This document shows positions 18,419 through 27,192 of a DNA stretch of 64,000 nt, piece after piece. The notes below the pieces were generated by a model, which was not told the origin of the DNA, did no database searches, and worked only from the letters and a program-made list of their open reading frames with translations. How positions within the stretch are numbered: position 1 is the first letter of the stretch; each line of letters begins with the position of its first letter. Origin of the DNA: an uncultured virus (IMG/VR IMGVR_UViG_3300024999_000050) (taxonomy: Duplodnaviria; Heunggongvirae; Uroviricota; Caudoviricetes); the IMG/VR virus record IMGVR_UViG_3300024999_000050. One strand, given 5' to 3'. The translations under genes were made by a program, and so were the position numbers.

Positions 18419-18955
18419 CTAGTTTAACACCTCCAGTTCATCGACATTCACTAATTTGTCATCTAACTTATATTTCTTTCCAAGATAGATTCGAACTCTG
18501 GCCTGTAACCTATCACCTTTAACCAGTTTAACACATTCTCCAGGAAGTCCTCTAAATGATCCTTTTGTGGCAATCACCGTCTTCCCCACCAAATGATTAA
18601 ACTTAGTTTTCTTAACTTCTTTCGATTTCTTTCTTAAATTATGTATTTCTTTTTTCGATATAGGATCTTCTGTTACAAATCCTACGATGGGTAAAAATCT
18701 TTTTAACAAAGGTGAATCTTTTTTGTAATCATTGAGTTTAAAGAAACAATAATTGGGTAGTAACGGTTCCCATACTGCTTTTCTTTTACCCTTTTTATAC
18801 TTGATAACTTTGTACTTAGGGTAATAAAACTGAATGTTTCTTTCTGTGAATATTCCTCTTTTTAAAAGCTTTTTTATTTCTTTATCGCTATTTGTAGCGT
18901 AAGGAATGTAGGCTATATACCACCTTCTCCCTCTTAGTTTGGAGTTTTTTTTCAA
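18419..18955 (-). CDS. NusG-family transcription antitermination factor
   Basis: WYIAY, PLLPNYCF (NGN domain), VGKTV..KGSFRGLPG (KOW). Confidence 0.85.
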   Translation of the reverse strand: MKKNSKLRGRRWYIAYIPYATNSDKEIKKLLKRGIFTERNIQFYYPKYKVIKYKKGKRKAVWEPLLPNYCFFKLNDYKKDSPLLKRFLPIVGFVTEDPISKKEIHNLRKKSKEVKKTKFNHLVGKTVIATKGSFRGLPGECVKLVKGDRLQARVRIYLGKKYKLDDKLVNVDELEVLN

Positions 18956-18973
18956 TGATGATCCACCATTCTT

Positions 18974-19618
18974 TCACTCCCTTTTAACGATTAAAGACTG
19001 TTCTAGCAATGGGATTGGAAAAGATTTTGTTTTATGATATAGGATCTTTTTTTCTGCTGCATTCAGTCTAGGTTTTTTGTTTTGATTAATCATTCTTTTT
19101 ACTTTCAATTCCCAGGTTAATAGCTGGCCTATTGAATAGGCATCTGCTAAATCCTCGGCTGACTTTCCAAACTGAGAAAAGTCTATCTTTTCCCATCGTT
19201 TTAATACTGCTACCATCATCATTCCTTTTGTTGCGTTTCCGTTTCCTGTTGCGAATAATTTTATTCTGTCAGGAGGATAGATTCTAAAAGGAATTCTTGA
19301 CGAATAAAGATATTTTTTAATGTGTCCTGTAAATTCTGCTGTTTGGAGTATTCTTGATGTTTTACCTACGACTCCAAACGAATATCCTTCTATGGCAGCA
19401 AACTTTATTTTATTGCCCCTATTTCTTATTATATCAAGTGTAGTATCAGTAATGACCTCTAAGCGTTCATATTCTGAAATTTCTTTACTTAAAAATATGG
19501 CTTGCTTATGTTTTGCTTGTTTTTTTATTTGTGTGAAGAACCAGAAATCCTGCATTATTCCTTTATCTAAAAGGATTAAGGCAGAACCAGTTAACGATAG
19601 GTCTAGTGCTAATATCAA
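18974..19618 (-). CDS. ruvC: RuvC-like Holliday junction resolvase
   Basis: ILALDLSLTGS, AIEGY, ATGNGNATK, DLADA. Confidence 0.88.
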   Translation of the reverse strand: MILALDLSLTGSALILLDKGIMQDFWFFTQIKKQAKHKQAIFLSKEISEYERLEVITDTTLDIIRNRGNKIKFAAIEGYSFGVVGKTSRILQTAEFTGHIKKYLYSSRIPFRIYPPDRIKLFATGNGNATKGMMMVAVLKRWEKIDFSQFGKSAEDLADAYSIGQLLTWELKVKRMINQNKKPRLNAAEKKILYHKTKSFPIPLLEQSLIVKRE

Positions 19619-20281
19619 TATTTCACCCTCTTTTTAAGTTTCATTATCTGACTAATAAAAATAAGATTTTTTCCTCTAAAACCTTTACCATATCTTCCAA
19701 CTAATGTTCTATAATTTATTCCTGTTAATTCTGAAACCTCTATTAATGTTCTTCTTTTTCCTTTATAAATAATAAAAACATTAGTTCTTTTATTTCTATT
19801 ATTTTGTTTTTTAGTTATCCACCTACAATTATCTGGAGAATAACCCTTATCGTTATTTCTACGATCTAATTCTAGACTTTTATCAAAACCATTATTTAAA
19901 CACCATTCTCTAAATTTCATAAAATCTTTATTCCACTCTTTGCAAATTTTTATACCTCTACTACCATAATTCTTATAAGAAGTATTGTTTTTATTATTAC
20001 ATCTATCTTTTATATCAATCCATATTTTATATAAATAAGTACCACTCATCATATGAGTTCTTACCATTTCTAAATTATAACAACCACATGATTTTGTCTT
20101 TCCATTTTTCAAAGAATATCCTAAAACAGAAACTTTTGTTCCACATTTACATTTACACAACCAAACAATATGAAGACTTTGTCTTTTCTTTTTCTTTTTC
20201 AAAACTAAAAGTCTCCCAAATTTTTGACCAGTTAAATCTATAAATTTACCCAATAATTATTCCTCCTATCAATATTTCACC
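19613..20281. mobile_element. HNH cassette bounded by a 15-bp direct repeat
   Basis: TATCAATATTTCACC at 19613-19627 and 20267-20281. Confidence 0.7.
19615..20253 (-). CDS. Free-standing HNH-type homing endonuclease
   Basis: DLTGQKFGRL, WLCKCKCG, KSCGC, LDRRNNDKGYSPDNCRW. Confidence 0.88.
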   Translation of the reverse strand: MGKFIDLTGQKFGRLLVLKKKKKRQSLHIVWLCKCKCGTKVSVLGYSLKNGKTKSCGCYNLEMVRTHMMSGTYLYKIWIDIKDRCNNKNNTSYKNYGSRGIKICKEWNKDFMKFREWCLNNGFDKSLELDRRNNDKGYSPDNCRWITKKQNNRNKRTNVFIIYKGKRRTLIEVSELTGINYRTLVGRYGKGFRGKNLIFISQIMKLKKRVKY

Positions 20282-21225
20282 TTCCTCGGCATAGTTTTAA
20301 TACCTACATATTTACATACATCTTTTAATCCTAATTTGTTCATACAGAATTTCCATAGACTTGGATGTGTTGAATACATTCTTTGAAAACGATTTAATCC
20401 TCTTTTTTGCTCTAAATGTGTTCCAAAAAGACAGAAAACACAACCAGTTCTATCATATCCCATATCATATATTCTTGAATATGGTACATTAAAAATTCTA
20501 ATATACTCCCAAACATCCTCTTCTGTCCAGAAAGAAATCGGAATACTGAAAGGTCTGTCTAAATTAAAAGCATTACAGCCATTTCTTATATAATTATTCA
20601 TCCTAAATCTACTTTCAGAAACCATTGAACCTATAAACGGTTTTCTACCTTGTTCTTTCTCATAAATTTTAAATGGTCTTTTCTTCATAACTTCACAACA
20701 AGCATCACTTATTTTAAATGGAGCGTCTTTTAAATATTGCCACTTCAAAGGGACCATCCCGACATTAAATTTTCCATTTCTACTTGGTTCTAATCCCATT
20801 CTCAAGGATATTGTTCTTTTATTATTCTCTGTTGGATTTTGTAGATCATGTATTTTTCTAGCGTTTTCTTTACTAATCACTGGATAGCCGTATCTATCTA
20901 AAATCTCTTTAAAGTGTAATTTGGGTTAAACCCAAATTACATTATCTGTCTCTCTAACAAATGATACTATCTCAGGAAATTCCAAACCAGTGTTAGAAAA
21001 CACGGCAGGAACATTTGGATAAATACTTCTTACTAGATGATTTAGAACGGTACTGTCCTTACCCCCACTAAAAGAAATATAAACATTTCCGTTGTAATAC
21101 TCATACCATTGAATTATTCTCTGGATAGACATATTTATCTTAATTTCTAAAGGAAGTTTCAATCTTTCTTTTAATTCCCATACTGAAACACCTGTATTTT
21201 TAGCATATTTTATTTTCTTAGACAA
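20269..21225 (-). pseudogene. PAPS-reductase-family (PP-loop) gene interrupted by one in-frame TAA at 20926-20928
   Basis: SFSGGKDS, NTGLEFPE in the first part; CCEVMKK, RTGCVFC in the second; both in one frame: VIWV*PKLHFKEILDRYGYPVISK. Confidence 0.85.
20915..20941. repeat. 27-bp palindrome (13-bp arms, 1-nt centre) centred on the stop codon
   Basis: TGTAATTTGGGTT-A-AACCCAAATTACA. Confidence 0.95.
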
Positions 21226-21229
21226 CTAA

Positions 21230-23398
21230 TCAACTCCAACCAAAAGTAGAATATGAATCATACTTTTTAATTTTGATAATATTTTCAAACGATGTACTAA
21301 TTTCAGATCTATGACTTATAATAAATATTTGCTTGATACCTAAATTTTTCAGCATCACTTTTTTTATTAATTTCAAAACTAATTCCTGATTTATACTGTC
21401 TAAATTACTAAAGATTTCGTCTAAAATCACAAAGTCTACCTTACTCCCACTTTTATTTCTTTTCAAATTAGATATAGCTAACCGAATAGCTAAACTAAGT
21501 ATTACTTTAAGTCCTCCAGAAGCTTGTGTGAACTCCATTTCAGACTCTCCATTATAAAACCTCATAGATAGTTCGTCTTTCTTCCGTTTACCCCTCTCAC
21601 AACTACACTCTGGACATTGTTTCTGCCTACTCTCAAATAGACATCCACAAACCGGACAATTCTTTTCCCAGTCGTTCAATTCTTTTACCGAAGAGAATTC
21701 CAGAGACATATCTGTTTCTAATTTGTCCAATATTTTGTTTACCTGAATTTCTATTTCTTCGAATGCTGACTCAAACTGGAAAGACTTTATTCCGTCTTTC
21801 CCGAATGCAAATTGTAGAAACTGATATTGTTGTAATTCTTCTTTTAATTCCTGTAGACTTTCTTCTAGGTCTGGAATCTTTTTAGACTCTTCTTTTATGT
21901 TTGATATTTGATTTTTAAGACTACCGATTTCCTCTGTTAATGAATTTATTTTTTGCCTAAGTTTCTTAATATCTTTTTGGTTTTCCTTAAACTTGTTTTC
22001 TATTTCCTCTTGCTTGTCATCCTCCAGGAGAGATAACTTTTCTTCTATTTCTTCTAACTTGGATTTGTGATCTTTTATTAGAGAGATGTTTTTCTTAATT
22101 TTTATTGAACAATTTTTGATTTGCTTTTCTTTGTCGGACAGAGTAGTAATTGAAATATTTTCAATAGTTTTTAACTGACCTTTTATGTATCTCAGATTAT
22201 TAAGATGTTTTTCTGTTTCTGATAATTCTCTCTTTACATCATCTAACTTTTCGATCATTTTGTCTTCTATTCCGTAATACTCTTTTATTTCTTTGTTCAA
22301 TTCATTCAACATATCATCAATAGAGATGTATTTACATTTTTCATTTTTGTAAGGACAGACTCCGTTTGAGTCTGCTATTTTTCTAATCTCTTTGTTTATT
22401 CTGGTAATAGAGTTTTTGGCTGTTAAATATTTCTCTTGGTATTTTTCAAGCCGTGTTTTTAATTCTTCATACCAGGATGATATTTTGTCATATTCCTTTA
22501 GTTCAGATTTCATCTTTTTAATCTTTTTCTGAGTATTTAATCCTGTCTGATACCTTTCTTCTATTTCCTCTTTCTTTTCAGATAATTCCTTGTTGTCTTG
22601 TTTTAGATCCTCTATAATGTTCAGAATATGGTTATATTCAGTTTGAAGGTAGTCGTCGTCACCCATATCCTTTATCTTCTTTAATTCAGCCTTTAACTGG
22701 CTTTCTACACCTGTTAGACCTTCTAAGTCAAACGATAATAATTCCTTTTCTTCTCTTAAATCTTTCAAAGATGATTTCAATTCATCTAAATTGTCTTTCT
22801 TTTTTTGAATTATGTTTATTTCATAATTAACTTCATTTATTACTTTTTCCAATCCTTTAATAAACTCTTTTGTTGTTTCTAAGTAGTCGTCCCAATGAGA
22901 ATTATTTATCCATCTAGAAAACTTTTCTTTTAATTTACTGCTTGTGGATGTAGCTATTCCGTGAATATCTCCTTGAAGGAAAAAGGATGTGTTTATAAAG
23001 TCTTCATACTCTAAACCTGTTAATTCGTTTAGGTATTCTTGGACATCTTTTTTATGTTCACCTTCGTATCCTTCAACTTCTAAAATTAAATCACCAGATA
23101 ATGATTTTCCTCTTGTTATTGATATCTGGGAACCGTCTTCTAATAAGAAAGTTCCTTTCACTATCATATCTTCTGAGGCGTTGTTATGAATTAGATCTTT
23201 GTCTGATTTGTTTCTGTGTTTTCCGTAAAGTAGGTAAGTTATCATTTCTATAAAACTAGATTTCCCTGACCAGTTACTTCTTGATTTCTGACCTTTCCAT
23301 TCTCCGATAATAGAAATAACCCCTTGTTGGGGTATCTCTATTTCATTCCAGTCCTTGAATGGACCGAAGTTTTGGCAGCCTATTGTTTGTAGGATCAT
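21230..23398 (-). CDS. sbcC: SbcC/Rad50-like SMC ATPase
   Basis: NWSGKSS, FFLQG, long coiled coil, ASGG, VILDE, IISH. Confidence 0.92.
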   Translation of the reverse strand: MILQTIGCQNFGPFKDWNEIEIPQQGVISIIGEWKGQKSRSNWSGKSSFIEMITYLLYGKHRNKSDKDLIHNNASEDMIVKGTFLLEDGSQISITRGKSLSGDLILEVEGYEGEHKKDVQEYLNELTGLEYEDFINTSFFLQGDIHGIATSTSSKLKEKFSRWINNSHWDDYLETTKEFIKGLEKVINEVNYEINIIQKKKDNLDELKSSLKDLREEKELLSFDLEGLTGVESQLKAELKKIKDMGDDDYLQTEYNHILNIIEDLKQDNKELSEKKEEIEERYQTGLNTQKKIKKMKSELKEYDKISSWYEELKTRLEKYQEKYLTAKNSITRINKEIRKIADSNGVCPYKNEKCKYISIDDMLNELNKEIKEYYGIEDKMIEKLDDVKRELSETEKHLNNLRYIKGQLKTIENISITTLSDKEKQIKNCSIKIKKNISLIKDHKSKLEEIEEKLSLLEDDKQEEIENKFKENQKDIKKLRQKINSLTEEIGSLKNQISNIKEESKKIPDLEESLQELKEELQQYQFLQFAFGKDGIKSFQFESAFEEIEIQVNKILDKLETDMSLEFSSVKELNDWEKNCPVCGCLFESRQKQCPECSCERGKRKKDELSMRFYNGESEMEFTQASGGLKVILSLAIRLAISNLKRNKSGSKVDFVILDEIFSNLDSINQELVLKLIKKVMLKNLGIKQIFIISHRSEISTSFENIIKIKKYDSYSTFGWS

Positions 23399-23401
23399 AT
23401 T

Positions 23402-24004
23402 CTAGTACTTCACCTTCTTTTTGCGGTTAAATCCTCTTATATTACATTTGCATTCTCTGCCCCAATGATGCCAGCCAGGAACATCACTTAATCTAGAAAA
23501 TAACTCTATTTTCTTTACTTCATCACCCATAAGCTTATCAATTCTTCTTCTTACTTCTTTCGGCTTACTACTATGCTTATCTCCTATTTTTTCTATGACT
23601 ACAGAGTGGACAGCCCCAGAAACTCTTTTAGGTTTACCTTTAACTCCAATAAGACAAACTTCTGAATTAGAGCGAGTTTTAGTTCCCATTCCCCAGAATA
23701 ATGATTTAGATTTCTTATTAAGTTTAACCCATACGAATCCTACAGTCTTATACTCAAAACCCCATGACCTGATTACGTCCATAGCCTCTTCTAAGTGGGG
23801 AAAGGTAATCCATAAAAAAAGGATACAGTTTTCGTCTGCTATTTCTCTGACTGGTAGTTTCTTAACTTCTTCAATATTCATTACGTTATATTCTTTACGG
23901 CAGCCTCGTTTAGCTTTCTTTCCGTCTTTCGTTTTCTTATAGTTGTAATTATTGTATTGCCACGGAGGATCGGCGTATATTACGCCGTATTTATGGTTTT
24001 TCAT
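23402..24004 (-). CDS. MT-A70 family adenine methyltransferase
   Basis: IYADPPW, LFLW, WGFEYKT, HSSKP, IELFSR. Confidence 0.93.
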   Translation of the reverse strand: MKNHKYGVIYADPPWQYNNYNYKKTKDGKKAKRGCRKEYNVMNIEEVKKLPVREIADENCILFLWITFPHLEEAMDVIRSWGFEYKTVGFVWVKLNKKSKSLFWGMGTKTRSNSEVCLIGVKGKPKRVSGAVHSVVIEKIGDKHSSKPKEVRRRIDKLMGDEVKKIELFSRLSDVPGWHHWGRECKCNIRGFNRKKKVKY

Positions 24005-24272
24005 TCTTGTTTAGACTTTCTAATAATAAAAATGGATTTACTTTTTCAAATCTATGAAATTTATGATCGTAGTTTGTTATGTAAGTCATAAACATTTCTA
24101 GAGGTCTCTTGTATGGTTCTTTATTTATTGGAGAATTTATTTCTGTGTAACTTACAAGTCTTTCTTTGTTTTCTGTATGATTTCCAACGTCTAAAACAAC
24201 GTAAATATTTTTAGTTTTGAAATGCCTATATAATTCTCCAGGTCTAGGTTCTTCTTTAAGTCTAGTTATCAA
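23991..24272 (-). CDS. DUF1653-family protein
   Basis: YRHFK, HTE, RPLEMF, RFE. Confidence 0.85.
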   Translation of the reverse strand: MITRLKEEPRPGELYRHFKTKNIYVVLDVGNHTENKERLVSYTEINSPINKEPYKRPLEMFMTYITNYDHKFHRFEKVNPFLLLESLNKNEKP

Positions 24273-24286
24273 ATAAATTCATCTCC

Positions 24287-25099
24287 TTATATATTTTTAA
24301 TAATTTTCATTCCACGTTTCATATTTTCAATAGCTAAGTCTGCCGGATGATAATTAACGAACTTATCTTCCTTATAATATATCTTTTCCCACTTTTCTAA
24401 TTCCATATTTATTACTTTTCCCAAAGTTGATTGTATTTCATAGGTTGATGAGTCTACACTGATTCTTAATTTATTAGCGTTTCGATATCCCATCATTTCA
24501 AAGATATTTAAGTAATATCTTATCTCCTTTAATATATCGAAAGTGGCTACACCGAATATATGTATCTGTTTTATTCCTTTGTTTAGAATTAGAGGTATTC
24601 CAAACTTAAAGATGTCTAAAAGTTTCTTTCTAACACCTTTATCTTTCCCAGCTAGAGCATTACCCCCAATTCCTAGACAATCTTTTCGATCCATCATTTT
24701 CAATGTTTCTATAATGCAATAAATATACTCTTTAATCGTATTTCCTTGACAGGTTAATACTAGCTGCCTAGGACTTAATTCCTCTCTTCTTCTTATCAAG
24801 AATTTATTAGCTTTCAATGTTTCTTCTACATTTCCTATGTAATCGTAAGAAACAATTCTTTGAGATATAAAATTCATTTTCTTTTCATGCTTTAATTGTC
24901 TTGCTAAAGCATCTTTGAAAGATAACCGATCCTCTTTTCCTCTGTCTTGAAATGCTCCTGAGTCCAATAATATACTTGCTTTGGGATTGTCCATCCAAAC
25001 TTTATAGTGAGGACTAATACAAATATGTTTGCAAAAGAATTCTTGTCTTAAAAGTTTTCCAGACATCTTATTTCCTGTCTTAGAAATATAAAGTATCAA
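24287..25099 (-). CDS. TGT/DpdA-like base-exchange transglycosylase
   Basis: LLDSGAFQ, YD, CQG, GIGG, HIFGV, VDSS in TGT motif order. Confidence 0.78.
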   Translation of the reverse strand: MILYISKTGNKMSGKLLRQEFFCKHICISPHYKVWMDNPKASILLDSGAFQDRGKEDRLSFKDALARQLKHEKKMNFISQRIVSYDYIGNVEETLKANKFLIRRREELSPRQLVLTCQGNTIKEYIYCIIETLKMMDRKDCLGIGGNALAGKDKGVRKKLLDIFKFGIPLILNKGIKQIHIFGVATFDILKEIRYYLNIFEMMGYRNANKLRISVDSSTYEIQSTLGKVINMELEKWEKIYYKEDKFVNYHPADLAIENMKRGMKIIKNI

Positions 25100-25102
25100 C
25101 TT

Positions 25103-25540
25103 TTAAAAACCCTCTGTTTTATAAAAGTTTAGCTGCTGGCCTATTCCTAAACCTTGCAATGGTACATTACACTTGATTCCGTGTTTTTCTAGTAGTTTGA
25201 TTAAATGTACTCTGTATAGCTTTCCAGCATAAATATCCACATATTTTAGATTAGGATGTTTTTCTATTATTTCTTTACATACTAAGTTAGCCCAATCTTT
25301 TCTTTCTTTGTTTGTTAAATTGAATAACGATTTATCATATGGTTTAATTATCTTGTCTGGATCAAGTAGTCCATGTTTAGCTGAAAGAATGTAGTATATA
25401 CTAAAACTTGATTCGACATGATTTCTTGCTTTTGTAAATAGTATCGAAGGAGAATATAGTATTCTTGCTTTACACTCCATATTCAATTTAGATTTTGAGC
25501 AACTTATTAACGCTATTTTCATTACAGAATCACCTATCAT
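25103..25540 (-). CDS. DUF6884-like protein
   Basis: LISCSKSK, ARILY, ILSAKHGLL, PYD, AGKLY, PLQGLGIGQQL; start probably MKIAL. Confidence 0.78.
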   Translation of the reverse strand: MIGDSVMKIALISCSKSKLNMECKARILYSPSILFTKARNHVESSFSIYYILSAKHGLLDPDKIIKPYDKSLFNLTNKERKDWANLVCKEIIEKHPNLKYVDIYAGKLYRVHLIKLLEKHGIKCNVPLQGLGIGQQLNFYKTEGF

Positions 25541-25542
25541 TC

Positions 25543-25929
25543 TTATTCCCCCTTAATAATAGCTTTACCCTTTTTTATTATTTCCTTTGAAAAAGAAGGG
25601 TTTTTAGCTTCTACAAATTTTCTTAACGCTTTAATTGGATCTTCATTTGCTGTTAGATTTTTAATCCTTACCATTTTCGTTTTTACTATGGTAGGATGTA
25701 TTTTAGTATGATATTTTGCATGTTTCTTTATTTTTTCTATGACTAAACTTAAATCTAATCTATGAACATCATTCTCCAGGATATAAATTTTGAATGATAC
25801 ATTAGCATCTTTTATATCTTTTATTTTGATGTGTTCATGTAGGCTTTCTATTTTGTCCGGTTCATTAGTTAAATCAAATGTTAACTGAACATGCCGGAGG
25901 TAATTTACCTTTCTGAATTTTACGGACAT
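25543..25929 (-). CDS. Probable detached C-terminal part of SbcD/Mre11
   Basis: Sequence fits capping domain plus Rad50-binding helices missing from 26155-26910. Confidence 0.55.
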   Translation of the reverse strand: MSVKFRKVNYLRHVQLTFDLTNEPDKIESLHEHIKIKDIKDANVSFKIYILENDVHRLDLSLVIEKIKKHAKYHTKIHPTIVKTKMVRIKNLTANEDPIKALRKFVEAKNPSFSKEIIKKGKAIIKGE

Positions 25930-26162
25930 AAACTAAAAAACATAATTCTTGAAGCTTCTTTTAACATTCTTTCAGATATTTTTTCAGCCATTTTATCTAA
26001 CTGTTTCTGAATCATTTCTTGAGGAGTAAGATTCATAGCCTCACATAAAACAACTTTAAAAGTCAACTTGTCGCTTAAACTTATATTTTCTTCACCTTTA
26101 AAAAACCCACATTTATCTTTTATACACCCTATTATACCATAAGGGCATTTTGTGTTAATCAT
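25920..26162 (-). CDS. Hypothetical protein between the two sbcD parts
   Basis: GGAGGTG RBS inside sbcD 3' end; CPY..C...C motif. Confidence 0.65.
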   Translation of the reverse strand: MINTKCPYGIIGCIKDKCGFFKGEENISLSDKLTFKVVLCEAMNLTPQEMIQKQLDKMAEKISERMLKEASRIMFFSLCP

Positions 26163-26910
26163 TTAACTTCACCTCCACATAACATTTAATATCGTTTCTC
26201 TCTCCAAAGTCCATACATTCTATAGAACCTGGGATTATTATGTTTCCAAACATTTGAGGTTTATGAATATGTCCATTTATTATATATTTTATTCTTTCGT
26301 TGTTAAGTAAAAATTCTGGAAATACTTTTTCATCATCTATATATTCTTCCTCTGAGAAATTTAACTTTACTCCGCTAATCATATGGTGAGAAAGAACAAT
26401 TGTTGGGCTATGCAAATAAATAATATAGTCTCTGATTAATCTTAGACATTCTTTCTTGATGTACTTTTTAACACTATCGAAACCTAATTCTTTAACCCTT
26501 GCTTTTGTCATATGGGGAATACATATGACATTTAGTTTTAGTTTCTCTATTAATTCTACTTTATCTACTATCGAAACATTCTCATATCCAACAGCTTGTA
26601 GTGGTTCTAGAGCATGTTTCTTGCCCTTCTGAGAGATAGTTTCATGGTTTCCTACTATTACTACTGTAGGAACCATGTTACGTTCTAATTTGTTAAGTAG
26701 TTTAATAGCTTCGGAGATTAGTTTAGGAGTAGGATTGTTTCCGTCAAACATATCTCCGGCCATTAGGTAAACTACTTTATTTCCTTTTCTTTTTAATAAT
26801 GTCGCTCTATCTATCGACTGTCTTACTGATTTTATTATGTTTGGAGTTCTGTCTATCTCTCCTGGCTTTCCTAAATGCCAGTCTGAAGATATTATTAAGT
26901 AGTCTCCCAT
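26155..26910 (-). CDS. sbcD: SbcD/Mre11 metallophosphoesterase nuclease domain
   Basis: SDWHLG, AGDMFD, VGNHE, SHH, GHIHKPQ, PGS..DFGE. Confidence 0.9.
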   Translation of the reverse strand: MGDYLIISSDWHLGKPGEIDRTPNIIKSVRQSIDRATLLKRKGNKVVYLMAGDMFDGNNPTPKLISEAIKLLNKLERNMVPTVVIVGNHETISQKGKKHALEPLQAVGYENVSIVDKVELIEKLKLNVICIPHMTKARVKELGFDSVKKYIKKECLRLIRDYIIYLHSPTIVLSHHMISGVKLNFSEEEYIDDEKVFPEFLLNNERIKYIINGHIHKPQMFGNIIIPGSIECMDFGERNDIKCYVEVKLND

Positions 26911-27188
26911 TATATCTTATTCAACACTTCTAATTCAAAGTTGAATTCTGAACCTTGATAATAAAGCTGATAATATCCATCAATTATTCTACAAGTAACT
27001 CTATCATCAAACTTTATAAATTTCTCATCATCTTTGATTCTCTTTAATAAGTTTCTGAATTTCTTAATGGGTATCTCAATATTTATTCTAAATAATTCAG
27101 AAGTTTTTTTACTATAAACAAAAAGTATAATATCTGTTTTTCTTATTTCTTGATAAACACCAACTACGCCGTATTTTATAATATTCAT
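26910..27188 (-). CDS. Hypothetical protein
   Basis: 92-aa ORF coupled to neighbours. Confidence 0.7.
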   Translation of the reverse strand: MNIIKYGVVGVYQEIRKTDIILFVYSKKTSELFRINIEIPIKKFRNLLKRIKDDEKFIKFDDRVTCRIIDGYYQLYYQGSEFNFELEVLNKI

Positions 27189-27192
27189 TTTA

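Noticed and set aside
20926..20928. Genome-wide stop-codon recoding
   Set aside because: All other long genes are intact in code 11 and TAA, TAG and TGA all end genes normally
20269..23398. Dnd phosphorothioation (DndC + DndD) reading of PAPS-like + SMC pair
   Set aside because: The SMC protein is explained by the nearby SbcD; no DndA/B/E visible; PAPS-like protein is the short phage type
25930..26154. Self-splicing intron or ribosomal bypass joining the sbcD halves
   Set aside because: No group I/II features recognised, no matching take-off/landing codon, and the insert has its own RBS and ORF
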